Below, one piece after another: positions 9,392 to 19,844 of a stretch of DNA of 64,000 bases. Made by a program: the position numbers and the translations under genes. Each line of letters starts with the position of its first letter. Position 1 is the first letter of the stretch. Source of the DNA: Candidatus Omnitrophota bacterium (GTDB lineage Bacteria > Omnitrophota > Gorgyraeia > JABMRG01 > JAFGKX01); NCBI GenBank assembly GCA_043797125.1, contig JAZDPX010000006.1:70921-134920 (forward strand), written 5' to 3'. The notes under the pieces were generated by a model that saw only the letters and a program-made list of their open reading frames with translations, was not told the DNA's origin and searched no databases.

Positions 9392-9864
9392 CCCGCACCT
9401 TTTTTATATTCATTTTTAAATTGTTCAAAGGTGCGGGATTCATATCTTTTTCCGAAACCCTGCAACTCTATTTCTCTTGAATTTTCATCTAAAATTTTTA
9501 TTTTAATCTCCAAGTACTGCTTGGGCAGCAGGGCCTTTATTTTCTGCGCCCATTCTATCACGCAAACGCCGTCATTATAAAGATATTCTTCAATGCCCAA
9601 CGATTCTGCGCCTGTTAAATTATCTAGGCGGTATAAATCAATGTGATAAAGCTGGAGCCTGCCCTCATACTCTCTTATTAAAACAAAGGACGGGCTATTT
9701 ACATAGTCGGAATTTTTTACGCCAAGGCCCTCGGCAATGCCTTTTGTTAAAGTGGTCTTTCCGCTGCCGAGTTCGCCTGTCAACGCTATAACATCTCCGG
9801 CGTTAAGGCAAGTTGAGAGTTCTTTGCCGAAATCTATTGTATGCTTTGCAGTTCGAGTAATCAT
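9388..9864 (-). CDS. tsaE: tRNA t6A biosynthesis ATPase TsaE
   Basis: GELGSGKTT, SPSF, HIDLYRL, IEW. Confidence 0.97.
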   Translation of the reverse strand: MITRTAKHTIDFGKELSTCLNAGDVIALTGELGSGKTTLTKGIAEGLGVKNSDYVNSPSFVLIREYEGRLQLYHIDLYRLDNLTGAESLGIEEYLYNDGVCVIEWAQKIKALLPKQYLEIKIKILDENSREIELQGFGKRYESRTFEQFKNEYKKGAG

Positions 9865-9870
9865 ACTTAT

Positions 9871-9963
9871 GGGGACGTTTCACTCCCAAGATTGGGAAGT
9901 GTCCCCTTTACCCCACTTCTATGCTCTGGGGACACTTTCCACGCTTGGGAGTGAAACGTCCCC
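9871..9963. repeat. REPIN-like nested inverted repeat
   Basis: GGGGACGTTTCACTCCCAAG (9871-9890) pairs perfectly with 9944-9963; inner GGAAGTGTCCCC / GGGGACACTTTCC. Confidence 0.8.
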
Positions 9964-9977
9964 TTTTTTTCTTTTTT

Positions 9978-10874
9978 TTAAAAGTGTTCATATCCTTCAG
10001 GCTCAAGCCGGCTTTCCTTGCCCCTTCTATCAACCAAAACCATCCTTCCTGCATTATTCGTTATCTCGCCTATCGCGGTTATCTTTATTTTTCTTTTTTT
10101 GGAACTTGAAAGCAGCCTTTTGGCGTCTTTTTTCGCTGTCGTAAAAAGGAGCTCAAACTGCTCGCCTGTTGTAAGCGCTCTTTTTACGGATGCGCCTTCA
10201 TAAGGAATTAAAGACTCGTAAATTTTAGCGCCTTTTTTGCTTTCAGATAAAATGCGCCATAGGTCAAGCGCAAGTGAGTCAGATATATCTATCATGGAAT
10301 TTATCTTAAAATTATCCGCCAAAAACTGCGCTTCTTTAATCCTGGGAGAAAAACCTAAATCATTAGGATAAGGCCTTAAAGCCCCTGTTATAAATATCAC
10401 ATCTTGATCCTTCGCGCCGCTGCGAAGGGCAAGCCTTTTCTTGGATACTTCACCGATTAGAGTAACGGATAAAACCATTTTTTTTGAAAAATTTGTATCG
10501 CCGCCTACTATGGATATGCCGAATTCAGAAGCTGTCTTATGCATGCTAAGATAGAGCCTTTTAATAAAATCGACACTAATGTCCTTTGGCAGGCCTACTG
10601 AAACAAGCGCCCATTTTGCCTTGCCGGCGCATGCTGCTATATCGCTTATGTTCACCGCCATTGCCTTATGGCCTATCTGTTCCGGGGATGCCTTATCCAG
10701 CCTAAAATGCGCATCTTCAATTATCATATCGGTAGTAACAAGAAGATATTTGTCTTTAGTATATTTAAGCACGGCGCAGTCATCGCCAATGCCTTTAAAC
10801 ACCGAAGGGGGAGTCTTTGTAAGTGCGGCTATTTTATTTATTAGAGCTATTTCGCCTATGTCGCGTAGTTTCAT
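9978..10874 (-). CDS. thiL: Thiamine-monophosphate kinase
   Basis: GE..LI, GIGDDCA, NISDIAA, GGDT, DISD. Confidence 0.95.
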   Translation of the reverse strand: MKLRDIGEIALINKIAALTKTPPSVFKGIGDDCAVLKYTKDKYLLVTTDMIIEDAHFRLDKASPEQIGHKAMAVNISDIAACAGKAKWALVSVGLPKDISVDFIKRLYLSMHKTASEFGISIVGGDTNFSKKMVLSVTLIGEVSKKRLALRSGAKDQDVIFITGALRPYPNDLGFSPRIKEAQFLADNFKINSMIDISDSLALDLWRILSESKKGAKIYESLIPYEGASVKRALTTGEQFELLFTTAKKDAKRLLSSSKKRKIKITAIGEITNNAGRMVLVDRRGKESRLEPEGYEHF

Positions 10875-11907
10875 GTTTTAATCTGTTTAAACTTTCTCGA
10901 TACGGCTTCCTGTACGTCCCCTTCTCCGTAACAAACGCTGTAACCAATTCCCCCGGCGTAACATCAAATGCCGGATTATATACTTTTACATTTTTCGGCG
11001 CTATATAAACAGGCCCGACCTTTCTTACTTCATCTGGGCCTCTCTGTTCTATCGGAATATTTTTACCGTCGCTTAAGCTAAAATCGAAGCTTGAGCTCGG
11101 GGCACAGACATAAAACGGTATTTTATGAAATTGCCCCAGCAGCGCTAAATTATAAGTGCCTATCTTATTTGCAAAATCGCCGTTTGCAGTTATTCTGTCT
11201 GCGCCGACTATTATCTTGCTTACCTTACGCGCCTTCATCAGGGAAGCTGCCATATTATCGCAGATTAACGTAACATCAATTCCCTTCCTCATAAGCTCCC
11301 ATGTAGTGAGCCTGGCTCCCTGCAAAAGCGGCCTTGTTTCATCCGCGTATACCTTTATTCTCTTGCCCCTTTTTTTTGCCGCGTAAATAACCGATAGCGC
11401 AGTCCCGTCGCCTGCTGTGGCCAATGCCCCGGCATTGCAGTGGGTAAGCACAACATCTTTATTCTTTAAAAGCCTTTGGCCGAATTCACCGATTTTTCTG
11501 CACATGGCCTCGTCCTGCGAATGAATCCATTTTGCTTCCTTAAGTAAAATGGAACATATTTGCTCTACGGATTTATTTTTATTTTTACAGGCTTTTGCCT
11601 TTATCCTTTCCATGGCCCAGGACAGATTCACGGCTGTGGGCCGCGCAGCTTTCATCTTTTCTACTATTTCATACAATTTCTTAAAAAAATCTTTTCTTTT
11701 CTTAAATTTCAAATTTCGGATTGATACATACACTCCGTATGCGGCGCAAACTCCAATGGCCGGCGCGCCTCTGACTGAAAGCGCCTTTATAGCGCGCGTT
11801 ACGTCTTTTAAGGACCCCAAGGTTTTATAGGTAGTGTTGTTTGGAAGCCTGCGCTGGTCTATAATCTTTAGTTTACCGTTTCTATATTCTACTGTTTTTA
11901 CTCTCAT
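10834..11907 (-). CDS. mtnA: S-methyl-5-thioribose-1-phosphate isomerase
   Basis: DQRRLP, VRGAPAIG, ARPTAVNL, THCNAG, ETRP, ANKIGT, NPAFDVTP. Confidence 0.97.
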   Translation of the reverse strand: MRVKTVEYRNGKLKIIDQRRLPNNTTYKTLGSLKDVTRAIKALSVRGAPAIGVCAAYGVYVSIRNLKFKKRKDFFKKLYEIVEKMKAARPTAVNLSWAMERIKAKACKNKNKSVEQICSILLKEAKWIHSQDEAMCRKIGEFGQRLLKNKDVVLTHCNAGALATAGDGTALSVIYAAKKRGKRIKVYADETRPLLQGARLTTWELMRKGIDVTLICDNMAASLMKARKVSKIIVGADRITANGDFANKIGTYNLALLGQFHKIPFYVCAPSSSFDFSLSDGKNIPIEQRGPDEVRKVGPVYIAPKNVKVYNPAFDVTPGELVTAFVTEKGTYRKPYRESLNRLKHETTRHRRNSSNK

Positions 11908-11909
11908 AT

Positions 11910-12965
11910 TTAACCTGCTTGAGCCATTACGCTTTTGACAAAAAACATAATCGATGCCAATGCGGCATTATGCGTAATATGGACGATGATAGACGGAATA
12001 AGCGAGCCTGTCTTTTCCCTTAAATATGCCAAAAAGATGCCGAGGCCGAGTATCGGGAAAAATCCAATTATATTCGTATGAAGCGCGGAAAAAATCAACG
12101 CAGTAATAATTATAGAGGCTGCCGCGCTTAGAGTCTTTTTTAAGGCGGGATATAAAAACCCCCTGAAGAAAATCTCTTCTATTACAGGCCCGATAAAGGC
12201 CGCCATAACCGATACTACCATCAACACAGAGAATCTGCGCTCTTTAAATATCAATTCGTATATCGGTTGGGGTTGCGGCATATAGTTGAGCAGCTTGGCA
12301 ATAAATACTACGCATAAAAATGTCGCGGCCAAAACCGGCAAAAATGCCAAATATCCATAAACCGCTACACCTATATTTTTTGCAACGGCTTTTAATGAAA
12401 TGCCTAATGCGGTTATCTTCTGTTTATATTTTACCGATACAAAATAAATAACTACTATGAGCATAAGCATATCCATCAGCGTAGTATCCAAAATCATAGA
12501 TAGCCTTTCATCCAGTAAAGGTTTGTTAAAAAAGCCTGCCAGAACATTCCCAAGCGCAAAAACCAGATGATTAAAAAATAAAAATATTATTACAATCTTT
12601 ACAGCATCTTTCCAGCTCCAGAGGGCCGGATCTTCATCAAGCATCTTTGGAATTAAATCTTTGCCTTTTGCCTTATTAACAATGAAGGTGGCAAGAAAAA
12701 TAATCCCCAAAACAAACAATACAAATACAATGAAACAAATATAAGCGAACCTTGTGGCAATTTTAGGATTTTCAGCAAGCGCCTTTTCAAAAAGGCCTTT
12801 GTCTTCATCGAGCTGCTGTTTGAAACTCTGCGCCTTTTGCGGCCTGGCCTTCAAGCTTTGTTTAGGGTCTTGCGCATGAATAAAAATGCCGTGTGCCTGA
12901 ATAAGCAATATCCCTACAATCAGCCATACGTAGAATTTATTATTGGCGTAAGCCCCGCGTATCAT
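11910..12965 (-). CDS. CPBP/Abi (CAAX-protease family) intramembrane metalloprotease
   Basis: [17 protein letters not shown] motifs; multiple TMs. Confidence 0.9.
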   Translation of the reverse strand: MIRGAYANNKFYVWLIVGILLIQAHGIFIHAQDPKQSLKARPQKAQSFKQQLDEDKGLFEKALAENPKIATRFAYICFIVFVLFVLGIIFLATFIVNKAKGKDLIPKMLDEDPALWSWKDAVKIVIIFLFFNHLVFALGNVLAGFFNKPLLDERLSMILDTTLMDMLMLIVVIYFVSVKYKQKITALGISLKAVAKNIGVAVYGYLAFLPVLAATFLCVVFIAKLLNYMPQPQPIYELIFKERRFSVLMVVSVMAAFIGPVIEEIFFRGFLYPALKKTLSAAASIIITALIFSALHTNIIGFFPILGLGIFLAYLREKTGSLIPSIIVHITHNAALASIMFFVKSVMAQAG

Positions 12966-14491
12966 ATCCTTGGAAAAAGCGGCACAGGCTTTGATACTGT
13001 ATGGCCCTTTTTGATATAACCTTTATTCAATATCAGCCCTGCGCAATCTGTTATATCCTCTTTTATTCCAAGCTGCAAGGCCATCTTACTGCTTGTAGAC
13101 GGCATGGACGGGTATATTAATACGGCGATCGTCTCCAACGCCTTTAACAGCGACATTATGAATGCTGCCAGCCTTTGGGCGTCGCCTGACTTGGCAATAT
13201 TCCACGGTTTTGAATCCTCTATATATTTATTAGCGGCATTTATAAGCGCCCAGATGCCTGCCAGGGCCTTGCTTATCTGCAGCTCGCCCATCTGCTTGTC
13301 GACTTCTTTAATAGTATCGTTCCTTAGTTTAAGCAGCTGTTTTTCCTCGTCTGACATAAGCCCTTCTGAAACTATTTTCCCGTCGAAATATTTATGCACC
13401 ATATTCAGGGTTCTGTTCAGCAAATTACCTAAATCATTTGCCAGGTCCGCGTTGTATCTTTCTATAAACAAGGCCTGATTAAAATTGCCGTCTAAGCCCA
13501 TTGTCACCTCCCTTAACAAAAAAAGGCGCAAGGGGTCTGCCCCGTATTTTTCTATTAAAGGTTTTGGATCTACCACGTTGCCCTTTGACTTAGACATTTT
13601 CTCTCCTGACATAATCCACCAGCCGTGCGCCAAAACGCATTTTGGCGGTTCGATATCCAAGGCATGCAGCATTATGGGCCAGTAGACCGCGTGAAAACGC
13701 AGTATATCCTTGGCCATTACATGTATATCCGCGGGCCATATCTTTTTAAAATTATCAGGATTGCCGGCAAAGCCTGGGGCGCTTATATAATTTAACAACG
13801 CATCAATCCACACATAGGCTACATATTCCGGAGCAAAAGGCATCTCGATGCCCCACGAAAGCCTCTTGCGCGGCCTGGAAACGCAAAGATCAGGCAGCGG
13901 TTCCTTTAAAAGGCCCAGAACTTCGTTTTTTCTGAAATCCGGCTTAATAAAATCAGGGTGCGCGAGTATGTGGTCTTTCAGCCAGCCCTGATATTTTGAA
14001 AGCTTAAAAAAATAATTTTTCTCGCTTATATATTCCGTATCGCGGGCGCAATCAGGGCAGAGCTTATCCTGAACAAGTTGAGTTTTCTGCCAGAATGTTT
14101 CGCAAGGCACGCAGTAATAACCGTCATATGTATCCTGGAAGATATCGCCTTTTTCATAAAGTATCTTCAGGGCCTTTCCCACAGCCTGCATGTGACGGGG
14201 CTCTGTCGTCCTTATAAAATCATCGTAGGAAATATCCAGGGCCTTCCAAAGCTCTTTAAATTTCAAGACTATTTCGTCGACAAATTCCAGCGTATCCTTA
14301 CCTGAGGCTTCCGCGCAGGTTTTAACCTTCTGGCCATGCTCATCCGTGCCTGTCAAAAAGTATACCTTCTCGCCCTTTAGCCTTTTATATCGCGCTATAC
14401 AATCGCAGATAATCTGCGTGTAGGAATGGCCTATATGAGGGGAGGAATTGACGTAATATAACGGAGTAGTTATGTAAAATATCTTTTTCAT
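12962..14491 (-). CDS. metG: Methionine--tRNA ligase
   Basis: YYVN..PHIGH, GTDEHG, KDILRFH, KMSKS. Confidence 0.98.
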   Translation of the reverse strand: MKKIFYITTPLYYVNSSPHIGHSYTQIICDCIARYKRLKGEKVYFLTGTDEHGQKVKTCAEASGKDTLEFVDEIVLKFKELWKALDISYDDFIRTTEPRHMQAVGKALKILYEKGDIFQDTYDGYYCVPCETFWQKTQLVQDKLCPDCARDTEYISEKNYFFKLSKYQGWLKDHILAHPDFIKPDFRKNEVLGLLKEPLPDLCVSRPRKRLSWGIEMPFAPEYVAYVWIDALLNYISAPGFAGNPDNFKKIWPADIHVMAKDILRFHAVYWPIMLHALDIEPPKCVLAHGWWIMSGEKMSKSKGNVVDPKPLIEKYGADPLRLFLLREVTMGLDGNFNQALFIERYNADLANDLGNLLNRTLNMVHKYFDGKIVSEGLMSDEEKQLLKLRNDTIKEVDKQMGELQISKALAGIWALINAANKYIEDSKPWNIAKSGDAQRLAAFIMSLLKALETIAVLIYPSMPSTSSKMALQLGIKEDITDCAGLILNKGYIKKGHTVSKPVPLFPRI

Positions 14492-14497
14492 AATTTA

Positions 14498-14582
14498 GTC
14501 TATGGTCTATGGTCGATGGTCGATGGTTGATGGTCGATGGTTGATTACCGACTATAGACTATCGACTATTGACCATCGACTA
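14498..14582. repeat. Tandem heptamers (GGTCGAT-like) followed by their inverted copies
   Basis: gtctatg/gtcgatg about x7, then gactata/gactatc/gaccatc; same family at 29471-29543. Confidence 0.85.
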
Positions 14583-15368
14583 TTTATTATAATCCACCTT
14601 CACGTGCCTGCCGTCTTCAAGCTCAACCGTAACAACGCGTTTTAAAAAATTAACATCCACTACCTTCCCTGTTTCGTTCTGATATTTTATCTTTTGCCCC
14701 GGGTGCGGCAGGCCCTTGGAAAGTTTCTTGTAATGGGTATGTTCGTATGACAGGCAGCACATAAGCCTGCCGCAAAGCCCTGAAATTTTTGCCGGGTTTA
14801 GGGGAAGGTTCTGGTCCTTTGCCTGTTTTATCGAAACAGGTTCAAAGTCCCTCAAGAAACTTCTGCAGCAAAGCATCCTGCCGCAAGGCCCGAAACCTCC
14901 GAGGATCTTCGCTTCGTCGCGCACGCCGACCTGCTTTAATTCAATCCTGGCCTTGAACATCTTTGCTAAGTCTTTGACTAATTCCCTGAAATCTATTCTT
15001 TCCTCAGCTGTAAAATAAAATATGATCTTGCTGCAGTCAAAAGAGAATTCCCCCTTGATCAACTTCATGTTAAGTTTATGCTGGATTATTTTACCGTCGC
15101 AGGTCTTCATGACCTCTTTTATTTTTTCGCGGTTTTCTTTTATTTTGTTTATGTCTGCCTGGTCGGCGATTCTAACTGCTCTTGGAAGCTCCTCTTTAAG
15201 CTTTTTTTCATCCAACACCAGCTCTGCCTCTGATAAAATCTGCCCGTAATCAAGGCCCCTGTCCGCTTCGATAATAACATACGCTCCGGGAAAAACATTT
15301 AAATCGCCTATGTCATAAACCTCTATCTTGCCGAATTCTCTCTGTCTTATCTGTATCGCTCTCTTCAT
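14580..15368 (-). CDS. ricT: PSP1 domain protein (YaaT/RicT)
   Basis: RIDFRELVKDLA, RDEAK..GG.GPCGR.LCC, KISGLCGRLMCCL; downstream of holB. Confidence 0.93.
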   Translation of the reverse strand: MKRAIQIRQREFGKIEVYDIGDLNVFPGAYVIIEADRGLDYGQILSEAELVLDEKKLKEELPRAVRIADQADINKIKENREKIKEVMKTCDGKIIQHKLNMKLIKGEFSFDCSKIIFYFTAEERIDFRELVKDLAKMFKARIELKQVGVRDEAKILGGFGPCGRMLCCRSFLRDFEPVSIKQAKDQNLPLNPAKISGLCGRLMCCLSYEHTHYKKLSKGLPHPGQKIKYQNETGKVVDVNFLKRVVTVELEDGRHVKVDYNK

Positions 15369-15378
15369 TGTCTATCCT

Positions 15379-15577
15379 TTATCCGCCTTCGCTGTTAATA
15401 AGAACTTCGTAGTAGATATGCTTCGGCGGATAACCCGCCGTAGGCTATCTACCTTCGCCAAGCAGCTTTCGCGCTTGGCTTCGGCGGATACGCCCGCCGA
15501 AGGCTATCTACACCGAACTGCCCAATACACGAAGGCGGGCTATCTACTACGAACCCACCCGATACACGAAGGCGGGT
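15379..15577. repeat. Composite palindromic repeat family A, copy 2 (expanded)
   Basis: Same modules as 8619-8724 with internal duplications (cggcggata..cccgccg, gctatctac, tacacgaaggcggg). Confidence 0.85.
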
Positions 15578-16428
15578 TAACCTTTTAAGCCAACTATTCT
15601 ATCAAGCAAATAGTCCGCAACCAGTTTCGAATTGACATTAGCCTGCACTAATGTTTTTGACTTAAAAACTTCCTTCATAAGCTCGAGTGTGCCCTCGGCT
15701 GAATAACGCTGCGATATCTTTTGTATATCCTCTTGTTTTGCTTTACTGATAAAATTTATTTTATCCTCCAAAAATCTATGAATAAGGGCATCTCTAAAAT
15801 ATAGAAGCAATAAATCAATTACCCGCAGCTGTCGTTGCCTGCTTGAGCCTGTAAACTCGAGGCTTTCGGCAGAAAATCTGTCCGGGGCATTTAAAAGTTC
15901 GTTTGCCAGCGCTATTTCCTTTTCGGAAAAATTCATATATTCCGCTTCGGAAAATTTTATAACCTGGCAGCGGGAGATTATCGTCGCCAGAAAAACGCTT
16001 AAATTCGAGCTTATTAAAATAATAATAACATCTTTAGGCGGCTCTTCCAAAGTCTTAAGCAGGCAGTTGGAAGCCTCCTCAGTCATGGTATCAGCATCGT
16101 ATAATATGTAAACCTTTTTGCGCGCCTCTATCGCCTTCAGGTGCGCGTGCCTTTGAAGGCTCCTTATTTGCTCAATCTTTATCTGCCGCGAATCCTCTTC
16201 GGCGCGTATGTGCATTATATCAGGATGATTAAAATGCCCGATCTTTGTGCAGGATATGCATTTTCCGCAGCCGCAGAGGCTGTCTTTTTTTTCAAGGCAG
16301 TTTAAGCAAGCCGCGAGTTTAAGCGCCGTCTTTTCCGTTGCTGCCTTATCCTGACCTGAAAAGATGTATGCGTGAGGCAGGCTGCCTGATTTAACCGCAT
16401 TATCTAATATATTGTCTGCTAATTGCAT
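15577..16428 (-). CDS. holB: DNA polymerase III subunit delta'
   Basis: HAYIFSG, zinc CGKCISC, HPD, NCLLKTLEEPP, TIISRC. Confidence 0.95.
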   Translation of the reverse strand: MQLADNILDNAVKSGSLPHAYIFSGQDKAATEKTALKLAACLNCLEKKDSLCGCGKCISCTKIGHFNHPDIMHIRAEEDSRQIKIEQIRSLQRHAHLKAIEARKKVYILYDADTMTEEASNCLLKTLEEPPKDVIIILISSNLSVFLATIISRCQVIKFSEAEYMNFSEKEIALANELLNAPDRFSAESLEFTGSSRQRQLRVIDLLLLYFRDALIHRFLEDKINFISKAKQEDIQKISQRYSAEGTLELMKEVFKSKTLVQANVNSKLVADYLLDRIVGLKG

Positions 16429-17056
16429 CTTTTGCTGCTTTCTGTATAAGCGCCTGTATCTGGTGGATACTGTTCTTTTGCGCTGAAAATACCATTATGC
16501 GCTTTTTGTCTTTTCTTGCAAGCGCCAGGTATCCGTTTCTTACCTTACAATGAAAAGATACAGGCCTTTTTTCTATTCTGTCAATAAAACCTTTGGCTGT
16601 TTTTGAACGTCCCAGGCCCAAGCGCGCCTCAATATCCAAGATAAACGTAATATCCGGCTTTATATTTCCGACACTAAAATTATTAATATTATCCAGAGCC
16701 TTTATGTCAAGGCCTAAGCCATATCCCTGATAAGCCAGTGTGGCGTCTGCAAACCTGTCGCATACAACTATCCTGCCGGATTCAAGGGCAGGTATTATTT
16801 TTTCCGATACAAGCTGTGCCCTTGCCGCGATATAAAGAAACGCTTCTGCCTTTGAGTCAATAGCTATGTTTTTTGATTTTAACAAAATAGTCCTTATAAG
16901 CTCGCCTAATTTTGTAGCGCCGGGCTCCCTAAGGTGCAGCACATTAAGCCTGCGCCTTTTTAAAAATGCGCAAAGCAGCTTCGAGTGCGTGGATTTCCCG
17001 CTTCCCTCCGGCCCCTCGAATGTAATAAATACGCCTTTTTTCATGCCGGCCGCCAA
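16400..17056 (-). CDS. tmk: Thymidylate kinase (start may be 17044)
   Basis: FITFEGPEGSGKST, REPG, CDRF, AYQGYG. Confidence 0.97.
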   Translation of the reverse strand: MAAGMKKGVFITFEGPEGSGKSTHSKLLCAFLKRRRLNVLHLREPGATKLGELIRTILLKSKNIAIDSKAEAFLYIAARAQLVSEKIIPALESGRIVVCDRFADATLAYQGYGLGLDIKALDNINNFSVGNIKPDITFILDIEARLGLGRSKTAKGFIDRIEKRPVSFHCKVRNGYLALARKDKKRIMVFSAQKNSIHQIQALIQKAAKDAISRQYIR

Positions 17057-18441
17057 ACTGTACCCTCCTTAGTATCTTCTATTGCTATGCCTTTGGCCTT
17101 TAATTCCTGCCTTATCAAATCTGCCTTTTTAAAATCTTTGGAGTTTCTTGCTTTATTGCGTTCGCTTATCTTTGACTCAACATAAGTCTCTAGTTGTGCG
17201 TCTATCTGTTTGCCCCTTAAAAATAGGCCGAATATGCCGCCCAACTCTTTTATCAACGTCGCTGCATATAGCATGTTTTCATCCGATGATTTATTTGCCT
17301 CTCTAAGCATATCAAATAAACAAGCCAATGCCTGCGGGGTGTTGAAATCGTCGTCCATTGCCTCTATAAATTTTTCTTTAAGCGCGTCTATTTGGGCTGC
17401 CTGCCCCGCACCTGAACGAAGTGAATGGTGCGGGGTGGGCTCTAGTCTATTTACTTTATCAAATAATATATAAAACCTCTCAAGCGCTGCCTTAGCCTCA
17501 TTCATCCTCTCGTCGCTAAAATCTATGGGCTGGCTGTAATGGCTGCTGATCATAAAAAATTTGATTGTTTCCGCGTCGTATTTTTTCAAAGCAGCCTTAA
17601 TTGTTATAAAATTCCCTAAAGACTTTGCCATCTTTTGGCCGTTTATGGTCAACAGGCCGTGGTGTATCCAGTATTTTGCAAATGGTTTACCTGTGCGCGC
17701 CTCTGCCTGCGCAATCTCGTTTTCGTGGTGAGGAAATATCAGGTCCCTGCCGCCTGCGTGTATATCAAGCGTATCTGTCTTTAAAAACTTCTGGCTCATT
17801 ACAGAACATTCTATATGCCAGCCTGGCCTGCCGCCCCCCCAGGGGCTATCCCATGAAGGCTCGCCTTCCTTTGAAGTCTTCCATAACGCAAAATCCAGCG
17901 CATCCTGTTTTTTCTCATCAGGCTCAATGCGCACTCCCTCACGCATCTGGTCTATATTCTGCCCTGAGAGCTTGCCGTAACCGGAAAACTTCTTTACATT
18001 AAAATACACATCCCCGCCTGCTTTATAAGCATAGCCTTTGTCTATCAATACCTTTATATATTCGATAATATCAGCAATAGTCTTGGTTGCCCTTGGTTCC
18101 TCTTTATCTTTATCTAATATGCCTTTACGTATATTCAACAACCCTAAATCTTTGTTATAGCTTTCAATGTATTTACTAACAAGTTCTTTCCAATCAACTT
18201 TCAGCTCTTTGGCGCGGTTTATTATTTTATCGTCGATGTCTGTAATGTTGCGCACAAAATTAACCTTATAACCTCTATATTCTAAATACCGTCTCATTAC
18301 ATCGAAAACATAAAGGCTCCTGGCATGGCCTACATGAGACTCGTCATATACGGTTACCCCGCACGTATACATATTCACCGTCTTCGGCTTTATCGTCTCG
18401 AACTCTTCTTTCTTGTTTGTAAGCGAATTATATATTTTCAT
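17041..18441 (-). CDS. cysS: Cysteine--tRNA ligase with in-frame palindromic insertion
   Basis: CGVTVY..HVGH, GRPGWHIECS, FPHHENE, KMAKSLGN. Confidence 0.98.
   Translation of the reverse strand: MKIYNSLTNKKEEFETIKPKTVNMYTCGVTVYDESHVGHARSLYVFDVMRRYLEYRGYKVNFVRNITDIDDKIINRAKELKVDWKELVSKYIESYNKDLGLLNIRKGILDKDKEEPRATKTIADIIEYIKVLIDKGYAYKAGGDVYFNVKKFSGYGKLSGQNIDQMREGVRIEPDEKKQDALDFALWKTSKEGEPSWDSPWGGGRPGWHIECSVMSQKFLKTDTLDIHAGGRDLIFPHHENEIAQAEARTGKPFAKYWIHHGLLTINGQKMAKSLGNFITIKAALKKYDAETIKFFMISSHYSQPIDFSDERMNEAKAALERFYILFDKVNRLEPTPHHSLRSGAGQAAQIDALKEKFIEAMDDDFNTPQALACLFDMLREANKSSDENMLYAATLIKELGGIFGLFLRGKQIDAQLETYVESKISERNKARNSKDFKKADLIRQELKAKGIAIEDTKEGTVWRPA
17393..17442. repeat. 50-bp palindromic element (family C) inside cysS
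   Basis: tgggctgcctgccccgcacctgaacgaagtgaatggtgcggggtgggctc; near-identical to 30885-30934 in lolD. Confidence 0.85.
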
Positions 18442-18470
18442 TATCTTTTACCAACCAAACTCTTCTCACG

Positions 18471-18690
18471 GGTGAGGTTTTTGCGATGTGAGGTACTTAA
18501 AAAGCTTTTGTGTGTGTTGCCGGAGCGACTGTCAAAAATTGCGAAAACCCGGCGAGCAGTGAGCAATTTTTGCCACAGCGAGCAAAAAGCGCCTTTCGCC
18601 GAAGGCGAAAAATCCTTTTTGCGAGCGGCAAGCGAAGGCAACCACACAAAAGCTTAAAATTTCAGCACCGAGCATTGCAAAAGCCGAACT
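18471..18690 (+). repeat. Long hairpin element family B, copy 2
   Basis: GGTGAGGTTTTTGCGATGTGAGG...TTCAGCACCGAGCATTGCAAAAGCCGAACT. Confidence 0.8.
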
Positions 18691-18700
18691 TTGGTAATAG

Positions 18701-19372
18701 CTATTTTTTCTCCTCCAGCTCCTTAACCCTTCTCTCCAAATCCTCAAGCGTCTGCTTCAGCGGATCCAACACATGGATATGATCCATCGTAGAGTCTATT
18801 CTTCTTCCGTCCTGCTTTGTTACTCTTCCTGGCACACCCACTACAGTTGAATTTGACGGAACATCCTTTAGCACCACCGCGTTTGCGCCTATGTATGAAT
18901 TATCGCCAATATTGATATTTCCCAATACTTTCGCGCCTGTGCCTACAACAACATTATTTCCTATGTTTGGGTGGCGCTTGCCTTTTTCCTTGCCTGTCCC
19001 GCCCAGGGTAACGCCCTGGAATAATGTAACATTATCCTTTATAACTGTTGTCTCGCCAATGACCACGCCCATGCCATGGTCTATAAAAAACCCTTTGCCT
19101 ATTTGGGCGCCGGGGTGTATCTCAACCCCCGTAAGAAATTTTGCAAATTGCGATAAAAACCTCGGCAAAAAAGGAATCTTCATTTTGCGCAAAACGTGCG
19201 TTACCCGGTACATCATAATCGCGTGCAGGCCTGAATACGTAAGCAAAACCTCAAGAAAATTCGTAGCCGCAGGATCCCTGTCAAACGCCGCTTTTATTTC
19301 GTCTTTAAAAACCACAGTTATTATCGCCATAAAAAATATTATTATGCCTGATATAACTAACAAGGTAATCAT
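18701..19372 (-). CDS. cysE: Serine O-acetyltransferase with N-terminal hydrophobic segment
   Basis: RDPAA, YSGLHA, EIHPGA, FIDHG, KRHP; hexapeptide repeats. Confidence 0.96.
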   Translation of the reverse strand: MITLLVISGIIIFFMAIITVVFKDEIKAAFDRDPAATNFLEVLLTYSGLHAIMMYRVTHVLRKMKIPFLPRFLSQFAKFLTGVEIHPGAQIGKGFFIDHGMGVVIGETTVIKDNVTLFQGVTLGGTGKEKGKRHPNIGNNVVVGTGAKVLGNINIGDNSYIGANAVVLKDVPSNSTVVGVPGRVTKQDGRRIDSTMDHIHVLDPLKQTLEDLERRVKELEEKK

Positions 19373-19385
19373 CTTTATTCTCCTG

Positions 19386-19844
19386 TTATTTCAGCAAAAC
19401 AACGGCATATGCTGCGATTGCTTGCGAATTGCGCGTTCCCTCTTCGGTTGTTGCTTTTATGTTGATATTATCCAAATCTATGCTTAGCGTCTTTGCAATA
19501 TTTTCCTTCATTTTATTTTTAAAGGGGAGCATCTTCGGCTCCTCTGCTATTATCACGGCATCTATATTATGTATGGTGTAGCGCTTGCTGCTTATGATAG
19601 ATAGGGTCTCTTTTAGGATCTTAAGGCTGGATATGCCTTTGTAGCGGCTGTCTGTATTCGGAAAATGCTCGCCTATATCGCCGCAGGCTGCCGCGCCTAA
19701 AAGCGCGTCGCATATTGCGTGTATAAGTACATCCGCGTCGGAATGGCCTAGCAGGCCTTTTGTATGAGGAATCCTCACCCCGCCAATAATCAGCTTGCGC
19801 TTTTCTACAAGCTTGTGTATGTCGTAGCCTATTCCTATTCTCAT
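19386..19844 (-). CDS. ispF: 2-C-methyl-D-erythritol 2,4-cyclodiphosphate synthase
   Basis: [30 protein letters not shown]. Confidence 0.97.
   Translation of the reverse strand: MRIGIGYDIHKLVEKRKLIIGGVRIPHTKGLLGHSDADVLIHAICDALLGAAACGDIGEHFPNTDSRYKGISSLKILKETLSIISSKRYTIHNIDAVIIAEEPKMLPFKNKMKENIAKTLSIDLDNINIKATTEEGTRNSQAIAAYAVVLLK

Noticed and set aside
14498-14582. Possible CRISPR arrays in the short-repeat regions
   Set aside because: Units are 7-8 bp with no unique spacers, and there are no cas genes in the window.
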